Below are positions 9,309-17,299 of a stretch of 31,103 bases of DNA, one piece after another (positions within the stretch are counted from its first letter, which is position 1; every line of letters starts with the position of its first letter). This DNA is from Pedosphaera sp. GTDB taxonomy: Bacteria; Verrucomicrobiota; Verrucomicrobiia; Limisphaerales; SIBH01. The translations under genes were made by a program, and so were the position numbers. Under the pieces are notes generated by a model. The model did not search any database. It saw only the letters and a program-made list of their open reading frames with translations, and was not told the DNA's origin. The stretch spans positions 1 through 31,103 of the forward strand of contig JANOQV010000156.1 in assembly GCA_031414955.1 (NCBI GenBank), in the 5' to 3' direction.

Positions 9309-9488
9309 AGTGGACACGCCGTGAGTTCCTTGCTGATGGGAGAAGTTTCTGGAAAGTGTCGGCTTCTGGCAAACGGAAAGCGCAGACCGTCCGGTCATGG
9401 CATGTAAAATTATTGACGTCCGCGTCCCCCTGCCCCGTCCCTTGTTGACGAACACCACACCACCCGTTGCATTCTATGCGGGAACCAC

Positions 9489-12400
9489 ATGATGAAAACT
9501 GTGCCGGCAAATAATCAGAGGCCAGGCCGCCCGGCGACCAGGCTTCAAGTCGCGCTGGGGCTGCTGGCCTGTCTGCCCCTCGCCTTGAGCGCCGCCACGC
9601 CACCGGATGGTTTTCGAGCGCTCGAACTGCCGGCGGTGGCCAGCGTGACGGATGCCTCCGCGCTCCGGCAGTTCTCCGCCGCCCCGCAGGGACGGCACAC
9701 TTTCAACGGCGTGCCCTTCCTCATCGGCGCTCCACTCGTGGTCGCGGGTCTGGAAGCCGCGCGGGCCGGCGTGCTCTTTCCCACGGAAGTCATGGACATC
9801 AAGGTCGGCCTCCGGGCACGAAGGCTTCACCTGCTTCACGGCACACTCTCGTTCGACAAGGACGGCGTGCCGGTGGCGAAGGTGGTGTTCCATTACGAAA
9901 GCGGGGCCACGGAATCGGTGCGGCTCGGCTACGGTGTCCACACCCGGGACTGGACGGCACCGCGTCAGGAGAGGACGTCCGCGCTCGTCGATCCAAATTC
10001 CCAAATCGCCTGGCCGGATGCGAAGGAACAGAGCAGCGCCGAGTTCCGGCTGTTTCAAACCGCCCTCGAGAATCCCCGACCCGCCGAAACCATCACCGGC
10101 CTCGACCTCGTTTCCCTTTTCAGCCGGGCCACGCCTTTCGTGCTGGCGGCGTCTCTGGAGGACGCGGATGCCACGCGCCCGGCCAATCTTCCTTTGCCGG
10201 CGCGCAAAGCCGTGCGCGACTTGAAGGAATTCAAGGATGAGGTTTACCGCCGCGATCTGGTCGTGCGCCTGACCGACGGGGAGAATTCGCAGCCGGCCAC
10301 CAACGCCGTCGTGAGCCTGACCATCCTCGAAGACAAGGAAGTGTGTTATCTCGGCGAGACCAAGCCCGACGCCCAGGGCGTCTGTCGTATCGCCTATCCG
10401 CCGCAACCAGCCGTGGGCTTTAGCCTCTGGATCCACGCACCCGGACGGGCCACGGTCCTGGTCTCCGAAACGAAGACCAACGTGGCGAAATTCGCCGAAG
10501 ACTACGCCGTGCTCCTGAAGCGGGGCACGACCGTGGGCGGAGTGGTCAAAGTTCAAGATGGCCAGGGCATCGCGGGCGCGCAGGTGGTGATCAGCCTCGT
10601 GACCAAAATCAGCCCGCACCATTACAACCGAGTGGATTACGATGCCGCCGAGACCGACGCGCAGGGCCGGTGGACCAGCAGCAGCCTGCCTCCGGACCTC
10701 TCCGGCTTCACCTTTCAAGTGTCGCATCCAGAGTTTGTGCCGGGCTTCTACGCGACAGCGGGCTACGCGCCGGCCCCGACCAACACGACCACCAGCGTGA
10801 GCAGCTCCTCCGGCGTCACCTATCGCCAGTTGCCCGACGGCACCATGGAGCAGGTGACCACCACCCGGCGCGTCGGAGCCAGCCGCCCCACGGTTTCGCT
10901 CCTCACCAGTGAGGCTCTGCTCGCGAGCCGTGCGGAACTGATCCTGCGCCCGGCCTTCCTGCTCCAAGGCACCCTGGCGGACGCGAATGGAAAACCCGTG
11001 CCCGACGCCGAGTTGATCCTGTTGCGCGCTGAATCCTCCACCGGACGAAAGTATTTGCGCACCGACGCCCAGGGCGGATTCCGCACCCATGTCGCCGAAG
11101 CGGGCGCGGTGGGACTCGCCGTCCTCCGCGCGGGGGCGGCGCCGCTTTACCAGACCGTGATCATGGGGACGAAGATCTCCCCGGTGACGCTCCAACTCGC
11201 GCCGGCCCGGGTGGTGCAGGGCCTCGTGCAAGACCGCGGTCGCCGGCCGATTCCAGGTGCGCGCGTGCGCCTCGAATCCTGGCACGGGACCAGCGACCTG
11301 TTGCGCTTCACCGCGTTCAGCGACGGGGCGGGAAAATTCACCTGGCCCGGCGCGCCGCTGGATCAAGTCACGTTTTCCATCAGCAAGACCAACTATGCGA
11401 ACAACCGGCACTCGCTCGCGGCGGGCGCGGAGACGATGGAGTTGCTGCTCAACCGTCCGCCCGGCGTGTTCGGTCGCGTGTATGACGCGGAAACCAGGAA
11501 GCCGGTCGAGTCGTTCACCGTGATTCCTGGGCGCAAGTATTCGTCCGCGGAGAAACAGATTCGCTGGGAGCGCTACGAAAAGGTGCGCGGCTCCGGCGGA
11601 GAATACGCGTTGCCCATCGATTCCTACATGTTCCAACCCGAGGCGCGCGTGCTCATCGAAGCTCCCGGCTACGAGCCGCAGGTCTCGCCGCCGTTCACCA
11701 GTTCGGATTCGTACACGAATGACTTTGCGCTCAAGAAAGGCCGAGGCATGAGCGGCCTCGTGCAATTGCCCGACGGCACCCCCGCAGCCGGTGCCATCCT
11801 CGCGCTGGTGGAGAACAATGAATACGGCTACCTCGACACCGGCGGGCGGCTGCAAAGCAACAGCGGCAGCACGGACCTGGCGCGGGCCGACGCGCAGGGG
11901 CGGTTCGAGTTCGCGCCCAAGCTGGAGCCATCCCGGATTTTCGCCAGTCACGAACAAGGCTTCGGCGAGATCGCCGCCGCGGATTTGTTGAAGGGCGGCA
12001 AAATCAAGCTTCAGCAATGGGGCCGCGTCAAAGGTGTCGTGCGCGTCGGCGACCAGCCCTCTCCGGACGATTCCGTGCGCCTGCAAAAATGGCAGAGCAG
12101 CTACCCGGATCAGAATCACCAGCCCTCCATGCTGTCCTTCCAACTCAAGGCGGACATCGAGAGCGACGGTCAATTCCTCTACGACAAGGTGCCGCCCGGC
12201 GAACATCGACTCGCGCTCGAACATCGATTCCGCGAAAATCCAAACGAGGAAGCACCCTTAAGCCACGGGCGCCTCATCACCGTCAAACCGGGTGAGACCG
12301 TCGAGGTCACACTCGGCGGCAACGGTCGCCGCGTGACGGGGCGGGTGAAAATCTCCGGAGGCGAGCCGTCCGACGTGGATTGGAAACGCGACGTCCACAG

Positions 12401-13196
12401 GCTGATGCTCGTTCAGCCCGGCCAGCCTTCGCCCGCCCAGGCCCAGGGATTCAACGGGCAAGAATCGTTCATCAGTTTTTCACCGTTAATCAACCGGCAA
12501 GCGGTGGGTTCCATCGAAGAAATGCGCCAGCGTGAACGCGCCGACCGCACCTACGTGCTCGTCTTCGAGACCAACGGCACGTTCCGCGCCGACCACATCC
12601 CGCCCGGCAAATACCACCTGCGGCTGAACCCGACCGACCCCAACGACGACAATTATTCCCGCCGGCCCATCGGCAATTTGGGGCAGGAAATCCTCGTTCC
12701 CCAGGATGCCCAAGCGGCGGTCAATGCGGCTTTTGACCTCGGCGAATTGGAACTGACCATCCGCCCGCGCGTCAGGCTGGGCCGAGAAGTGCCACCCTTC
12801 GAGGCCAAGACCGCTGCGGGCAAGACGATCCAAGTTTCCAACCATCGCGGCACGAACGTGCTGCTCTACTTCTGGGGTCAGAGCGTGGGCTACAGCACCT
12901 ACGACGTGCAGACGCTCAAGCAATTCCAAGCCACTCACGGTGGCACCAATGGCAAGCTGATCATCTATGGCCTCAATCTGGACTCCGATCCAAAGCAAGC
13001 CGCGCAGTTCGCGCAACAACAGGGCATGAACTGGCCGCAGCTTTATCTTGGCGATTGGAACCAGACCAGCGTGCCCGGCATGTTCGGCCTGAACGGCAGC
13101 AGCGGTGCGGTGCTGATCGACGCGCAGGGCCGCCTCGCCGCCGGCCCGTTGCGCGGCACCCAGATGCGCAACACCGTGACCAACGCGCTGGAATAA
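9489..13196 (+). CDS. Large secreted protein with multiple carboxypeptidase-regulatory-like domains and a C-terminal thioredoxin-like domain lacking CxxC
   Basis: Signal peptide; repeated G.V.D..G.P(I/V).GA.V and TDAQG.(F/W) units; C-terminal VPPFEAKT..G..VLLYFWGQSVGYS..GLNLD..WPQLYLG..VLIDAQGR resembles TlpA/redoxin. Confidence 0.8.
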   Translation: MMKTVPANNQRPGRPATRLQVALGLLACLPLALSAATPPDGFRALELPAVASVTDASALRQFSAAPQGRHTFNGVPFLIGAPLVVAGLEAARAGVLFPTEVMDIKVGLRARRLHLLHGTLSFDKDGVPVAKVVFHYESGATESVRLGYGVHTRDWTAPRQERTSALVDPNSQIAWPDAKEQSSAEFRLFQTALENPRPAETITGLDLVSLFSRATPFVLAASLEDADATRPANLPLPARKAVRDLKEFKDEVYRRDLVVRLTDGENSQPATNAVVSLTILEDKEVCYLGETKPDAQGVCRIAYPPQPAVGFSLWIHAPGRATVLVSETKTNVAKFAEDYAVLLKRGTTVGGVVKVQDGQGIAGAQVVISLVTKISPHHYNRVDYDAAETDAQGRWTSSSLPPDLSGFTFQVSHPEFVPGFYATAGYAPAPTNTTTSVSSSSGVTYRQLPDGTMEQVTTTRRVGASRPTVSLLTSEALLASRAELILRPAFLLQGTLADANGKPVPDAELILLRAESSTGRKYLRTDAQGGFRTHVAEAGAVGLAVLRAGAAPLYQTVIMGTKISPVTLQLAPARVVQGLVQDRGRRPIPGARVRLESWHGTSDLLRFTAFSDGAGKFTWPGAPLDQVTFSISKTNYANNRHSLAAGAETMELLLNRPPGVFGRVYDAETRKPVESFTVIPGRKYSSAEKQIRWERYEKVRGSGGEYALPIDSYMFQPEARVLIEAPGYEPQVSPPFTSSDSYTNDFALKKGRGMSGLVQLPDGTPAAGAILALVENNEYGYLDTGGRLQSNSGSTDLARADAQGRFEFAPKLEPSRIFASHEQGFGEIAAADLLKGGKIKLQQWGRVKGVVRVGDQPSPDDSVRLQKWQSSYPDQNHQPSMLSFQLKADIESDGQFLYDKVPPGEHRLALEHRFRENPNEEAPLSHGRLITVKPGETVEVTLGGNGRRVTGRVKISGGEPSDVDWKRDVHRLMLVQPGQPSPAQAQGFNGQESFISFSPLINRQAVGSIEEMRQRERADRTYVLVFETNGTFRADHIPPGKYHLRLNPTDPNDDNYSRRPIGNLGQEILVPQDAQAAVNAAFDLGELELTIRPRVRLGREVPPFEAKTAAGKTIQVSNHRGTNVLLYFWGQSVGYSTYDVQTLKQFQATHGGTNGKLIIYGLNLDSDPKQAAQFAQQQGMNWPQLYLGDWNQTSVPGMFGLNGSSGAVLIDAQGRLAAGPLRGTQMRNTVTNALE

Positions 13197-13198
13197 AC

Positions 13199-13311
13199 GG
13201 AGCGCGACGCACCGACGTCGCGCCAGGCATTCGATCAAAGTGGCCGTCTGGGCAAACCTGAAACCAACCTCCCGCTCGCAAGTCTCACGCGACGTCGGTG
13301 CGGCGCGCTCC
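13199..13311. repeat. REP doublet (REPIN-like): 24-bp inverted repeats around a 65-bp spacer
   Basis: GGAGCGCGACGCACCGACGTCGCG (13199-13222) and CGCGACGTCGGTGCGGCGCGCTCC (13288-13311) are reverse complements at 23/24 positions. Each unit is GGAG plus an internal hairpin (CGCGACG/CGTCGCG). Confidence 0.85.
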
Positions 13312-13323
13312 CCCTCGTCGCAA

Positions 13324-15615
13324 TCACCTCCGCACGGGTCGTTCGAGAATGACGCCCTGCGACTTGCCATCCAGTTGCTCGCGCACGGAGACGGCCCGGT
13401 TGCGGATGAACAGCTTGAGCTGATGCACAGGCCGATTTGCCCCTTGTGGGTTTCCAGTCGTCGTTCGCTCCACCTTCCTGTCGCTCACCGCTTGGTCAAA
13501 TTTTTCGAGGCGAAAATCTGATTCAGCCGCAATCGGTTCACGAATGATGGCGGCGAGTTCATCGATGCGATGGTTCAATTGATCGGGCACGAAAAGTCGC
13601 GTCGAGAAATCTTCGAGGCAGTTGCGATAGAGTTGCCGGAACTCCTCCACCGCCATGACACGCTCAAGGAAACGATGCCGGCCCACCCACGGATGCCAGA
13701 TGCTGGCCCGTTCGCGCTGCGCCGTGCTGCCGAGCAGGAAGAATCCGCCCCACGCCAGATCGAGATCCCACGGGATGAAGCCAAACTTGTTCGAGCGCGG
13801 GTCGAGATAGACGTAAAAGTTCTGGCCGTTCGACAAAAAGCTGTCGTAGCTGGACAGCAGCACCTCGCCCGCGAGGAAACGAGCGAACTCATCCAGGTCG
13901 AGAAAGTCAGTCAGCCGTGCGGCGAAATCCGTGTCGTCGGCCCATGACACCAACCGCGCAAACTCAATCACACGCTGCCGTTGCTCCGGCGTGGCCTTGG
14001 TTTTCAGATCGTAAACCGCCGCGTAGTTCGTCCAGTCGTCGCCCAGATGCTCGAAGATCTGGTAGATCACCGGCTTGAAGACGGGCGCAACCTTCGAGCC
14101 AAAATGCTCGGCGGCAAAAGCCCCGTTCACCGGCTCCACCAAGGCATAGAGGCCGAGCGGCTTCCGTGGCCACTTCCCGTCCACGCTCGCCGTCAGGTAA
14201 GCGTAAGCGGTGCGCGGTGCAGGCACGCCTGTGGCGCGAAAAAACTCATAGGCCAGCGTGTCGCTCAGGTAAGAACGATCATCAATGAGGTTGTGCAGGT
14301 TCAATTCATCGACCGCCCCGAGCTTCTGACCCAGGGCAAACTTGTTCAGGTCCACCTTGAAGGACTGCTTCGAGCCAGCGCTGGAACTGAGATACGTGCC
14401 GTTGCCTTTGAAGCGCGCGGCCACGTTCGTAAACCTCCGCCCGCCCATCTCGAACTCCGCCTGCGTCCAGTCGAAATCAAACCCCAGCACGCCCGCCAGG
14501 CCGCTGCGTTGCGACTCCGGATTGCGCAGCAGAATGGTGCCGTCGGGCTGAAGGAAATTCGGCAGGGGACCGAAGCGCCGCGGTTGAATCGCCTTCCATT
14601 GCTCACGCGTGAAGTGCAAGTGCGCGAGCCAGATGTTCGTGGTCTGGAAGAAATCCGAAGCGGTGCGAACGAGCGCCGCGTTGCGCTCCGGCGACATGCT
14701 GTTCGTCGGCCACGGGCGAGCCGGTTGGGCCAGACCGGGCACAGTTCGCGCCTCATGCCGCACGGACCAGAGGAGAAATGCCTTAAAGAACCGGCTATGG
14801 CCCGTGCGACCGTCGAGGCGCCACGCGGCCACCACCAGCAGGACAAAACACAGCAGCAGCGCCGGCACTCCGATGATCAGCCGACGCCGCCAGCGCGCCC
14901 AGGCCAGGACGCTCAAGGTGCGGCGGGCCAGTGGGAGCGACGGTCTCTTCCCAAATTTATCTTCGATGGAGCGTACGATGTCGAAGGCCAGGCCATCCGG
15001 CACGGGTGCCTCACCAGCCTCGACCAGCAGCGTGCGCGACAAAGTTTCGGCGTCCGCATCCTGGCCCACTCCACCCCGGCGCAGGAATTTGGAAAGCTTC
15101 CGGAGGCCCGCTGCCGTCCGCTGGCCGACGCGCCGCTCGCTGACCCGCAGGATTTGCGCGGATAGAGCCGGGCTGTGATGAAGAAAAATCTGCAATAAGA
15201 GGGCGTCGCGCTGCTTGGACGACAGCCGAGCCATCGCCGGGTCGAGTTTAGGGGCCATCCTCGTCCATAGATCCGTCCCCGGCGGAAGCGGCTCGCGGCG
15301 TCCGAAGATGAACCACCGTGGTCGTCGCGGCCTGAATCCTCCTGGGAGCTTGCGGCAGGCGATGGCCGTGACGTGATACAGCCAGCCCGCCAGAACATTC
15401 TTACCTCGCAAGCGCCGCGCACGACGGGCCAAAACCAGGAAGACCGCCTGCGTGACCTCCCCGGCGTGCCGCGCACTTTGCGTCCGTCGATACGCCGCCG
15501 CGAAGACAAAGGTCAGATACCGATCGACCAGCAGACGAAAGCTTCCGGGATTGGGGCGGCGCGCGGCCTCGAGACATTCTCGATCCGTTGGAAGGACTGG
15601 CGGAACGGCGCTCAT
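13324..15615 (-). CDS. ECF sigma factor (regions 2 and 4) - transmembrane helix - CotH kinase domain fusion
   Basis: Region 2 FRLLVDRYLTFVFAAAYRR..AGEVTQAVFLVLARRA..LAGWLY; region 4 LDPAMARLSSKQRDALLL..ILRVSERRVGQRTAAGLRKL; TM LIIGVPALLLCFVLLVVAAW (14821-14880); CotH RFKGNGT..KQSFKVDLN, GVPAPRTAY, LGLYALVE, YDSFLSNGQNFY, FIPWDLDLAWG. One uninterrupted frame. Confidence 0.87.
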   Translation of the reverse strand: MSAVPPVLPTDRECLEAARRPNPGSFRLLVDRYLTFVFAAAYRRTQSARHAGEVTQAVFLVLARRARRLRGKNVLAGWLYHVTAIACRKLPGGFRPRRPRWFIFGRREPLPPGTDLWTRMAPKLDPAMARLSSKQRDALLLQIFLHHSPALSAQILRVSERRVGQRTAAGLRKLSKFLRRGGVGQDADAETLSRTLLVEAGEAPVPDGLAFDIVRSIEDKFGKRPSLPLARRTLSVLAWARWRRRLIIGVPALLLCFVLLVVAAWRLDGRTGHSRFFKAFLLWSVRHEARTVPGLAQPARPWPTNSMSPERNAALVRTASDFFQTTNIWLAHLHFTREQWKAIQPRRFGPLPNFLQPDGTILLRNPESQRSGLAGVLGFDFDWTQAEFEMGGRRFTNVAARFKGNGTYLSSSAGSKQSFKVDLNKFALGQKLGAVDELNLHNLIDDRSYLSDTLAYEFFRATGVPAPRTAYAYLTASVDGKWPRKPLGLYALVEPVNGAFAAEHFGSKVAPVFKPVIYQIFEHLGDDWTNYAAVYDLKTKATPEQRQRVIEFARLVSWADDTDFAARLTDFLDLDEFARFLAGEVLLSSYDSFLSNGQNFYVYLDPRSNKFGFIPWDLDLAWGGFFLLGSTAQRERASIWHPWVGRHRFLERVMAVEEFRQLYRNCLEDFSTRLFVPDQLNHRIDELAAIIREPIAAESDFRLEKFDQAVSDRKVERTTTGNPQGANRPVHQLKLFIRNRAVSVREQLDGKSQGVILERPVRR

Positions 15616-15665
15616 GGCATTGGTGACACTTCGGCGGACTCTACCGAGCGACGCGACACACCATC

Positions 15666-15694
15666 AAGACGCCGGGTCCAGGAAAGGTGTTTTC
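15666..15694 (-). promoter_or_regulatory. Candidate ECF-type promoter upstream of the sigma-CotH gene
   Basis: Minus strand GAAAAC-ACCTTTCCTGGACCCGG-CGTCTT, i.e. AAC-N17-CGT, about 50 nt upstream of the ATG. Confidence 0.4.
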
Positions 15695-15799
15695 AAAAAT
15701 GGAAGAACAGGGAGGGCGGACGAAGAAAGGCTGCGGAAATCGAAAACGAGAATCGCCGGGGCTGCCGCCGGCCCGGGAACAACCGGGCGGCGTGACTGG

Positions 15800-15907
15800 T
15801 CAGCCGACCTGGAGGGCAAAGCGGATCGCGGCCAACAAACCAAGGATCACGGAGACGGCGACCATTTCCCACATCGAGAAATCAAACCGGGCGATTCGAG
15901 ACATCAT
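15800..15907 (-). CDS. 35-aa prepilin-N-terminus-like membrane peptide (or pilin gene remnant)
   Basis: MMSRIARFDFSMWEMVAVSVILGLLAAIRFALQVG*; FSMWEMVAVSVILGLLAAI aligns with the type IV pilin consensus FTLIELLVVIAIIGILAAI (F+1, E+5) but has D, not G, at -1. Confidence 0.45.
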   Translation of the reverse strand: MMSRIARFDFSMWEMVAVSVILGLLAAIRFALQVG

Positions 15908-16145
15908 GGCAACTGGTAAGCAGCACGAGTGCCGAGCTTTTCCGTGCTGGGCTGAGGGGGGCTGCCGTCTGATTTTAGTACAGAGTGTCCAAGTTCCTGT
16001 CCTGAGCCTGAACACAACGGAAAGTCGAACGCTTCCATGGGTTTTCTCCAACTCATGCTGTGACGACCCGCACTGACCTGTTTTCCGTTTGAACTCGCTT
16101 CTGATTGGGCACACGCTGGGCGCGTCACACCGAAAGGAAAACTTT

Positions 16146-16418
16146 ATGTCGCAGGCCATGATGGATCCGGAGCAGGTTCGGCGCTTTGCCGAGGAACTGC
16201 AGCGTTTCAACCGCGACCTCACGAACCGGATGGGTTCACTGCAAGCGCGTTTCGGCGCGCTGGGCGAATCCTGGCAGGATCAGGAACACACCAAGTTCTC
16301 CGATGAGTTCAAACAGACCGTGAAGGCGCTGAAGAAATTCGCCGAGATGGCCGACCAGCATGTCCCGTATCTGTTGCGCAAGGCGCAGCGCATCGAGGAA
16401 TACCTGAACCAGCGCTGA
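16146..16418 (+). CDS. WXG100-like (EsxA-like) type VII secretion protein, 90 aa
   Basis: Strong RBS (GAAAGGAAA). MSQAMMDPEQVRRFAEEL start resembles the WXG100 (V/M)DPE.L pattern; two amphipathic helices joined by central LGESWQD..KF (W-x-D variant). Confidence 0.85.
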   Translation: MSQAMMDPEQVRRFAEELQRFNRDLTNRMGSLQARFGALGESWQDQEHTKFSDEFKQTVKALKKFAEMADQHVPYLLRKAQRIEEYLNQR

Positions 16419-16435
16419 TGAAGGCGTGCCGTCGC

Positions 16436-16516
16436 AAGTTGAAGGTTGGAAGTTGTAGGTTTGCCCGCCGGCAGATCGGTGACCTCCTTCCACTTTCAAC
16501 CTTCAACCTTCAACCT
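16436..16516. repeat. Inverted heptamer arrays (AGGTTGA)n...(TCAACCT)n forming a long imperfect hairpin
   Basis: Left units AAGTTGA AGGTTGG AAGTTGT AGGTTTG from 16436; right units TCCACTT TCAACCT TCAACCT TCAACCT ending at 16516. Confidence 0.8.
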
Positions 16517-16523
16517 CGTTAAC

Positions 16524-17090
16524 ATGCCCGGAGCACACGTCACTTCGACCGAGGCCATCGAGTCTTTCCGCGCCAATCTTATCGTCTATCTGAGCAAGAC
16601 CCGTCCGATTCTCGAGGACGCCTGCGACGAAGTCGTCCGCACCCGGCAGTGGCTGCAGTCGGACCGGCGCATTCACTGGGAGAACCAATTGCGCAAGCGC
16701 ACGCGCCAACTGGAGGACGCCAACCAGGCTCTCTACAGCGCGCGGCTGGCCAATCTGCGCGAACCGACGATGGCCGAGCAGAATGCCGTGCTCCGGGCCA
16801 AACGCGCCCTCACCGAGGCGGAAGACAAGTTGAAGCGAATCAAACGCTGGATGATGGAGTTTGATCAACTCGTGGGGCCGCTGGTGAAACAACTGGAGCA
16901 ATTGCGCACGATGTTGTCGAACGACATGCCCAAGGCGGCGCTCCATCTCTCGCAGGTGCTCAAGACGCTCGAGGCGTACGCCAATGTAATTCCATCCGCA
17001 GCGTCCAACCCCGCACCGGCGGCGGAGGCCAAGAGTGACGAAGCCGCTGCGGAGGGTGGAACGAGTTTAGCGCCGGGGAAAATTTCATGA
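16524..17090 (+). CDS. Alpha-helical/coiled-coil hypothetical protein, 188 aa, in the T7SS-like cluster
   Basis: ATG 16524; heptad-rich sequence with an Ala/Pro/Glu low-complexity tail; its stop overlaps the next start (ATGA 17087-17090). Confidence 0.8.
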   Translation: MPGAHVTSTEAIESFRANLIVYLSKTRPILEDACDEVVRTRQWLQSDRRIHWENQLRKRTRQLEDANQALYSARLANLREPTMAEQNAVLRAKRALTEAEDKLKRIKRWMMEFDQLVGPLVKQLEQLRTMLSNDMPKAALHLSQVLKTLEAYANVIPSAASNPAPAAEAKSDEAAAEGGTSLAPGKIS

Positions 17091-17299
17091 ACATCAGCTC
17101 AAATGGAAAATTGCTGGCTGCGGCCACCAAGGATTTGTCCGTCCGGTGGAGCGAGACCACGGACGCCTGGAAAGACACCAAGGCCCGCGAGTTCGAGCAG
17201 CGCTACCTCGCGGAGCTGATCGCCAGCGTGGATCGGGCGGTGCCGGTTTTTGATGACCTCGACAAACTTGTCTCAAGAGTCAGGAGCGACTGTGAGTAG
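17087..17299 (+). CDS. Second, short WXG100-like protein, 70 aa
   Basis: WSETTDAWKDTKAREFEQRY parallels LGESWQDQEHTKFSDEF of the 90-aa protein; overlaps both neighbours, suggesting translational coupling. Confidence 0.72.
   Translation: MNISSNGKLLAAATKDLSVRWSETTDAWKDTKAREFEQRYLAELIASVDRAVPVFDDLDKLVSRVRSDCE

Noticed and set aside
9474..12224. 916-aa minus-strand ORF
   Set aside because: Antisense shadow of the 1235-aa secreted protein; Arg/Gly/His-rich with no motifs.
15908..16145. Possible riboswitch or ncRNA between the micropeptide and the WXG100-like gene
   Set aside because: Only a 7-bp stem (CAGCACG/CGTGCTG, 15921-15949) is evident; I could not match cobalamin, ZTP or c-di-GMP consensus by eye. 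An Rfam/Infernal scan would settle it.
16436..16516. CRISPR array
   Set aside because: Units are 7 nt with no unique spacers and no cas genes in the window.
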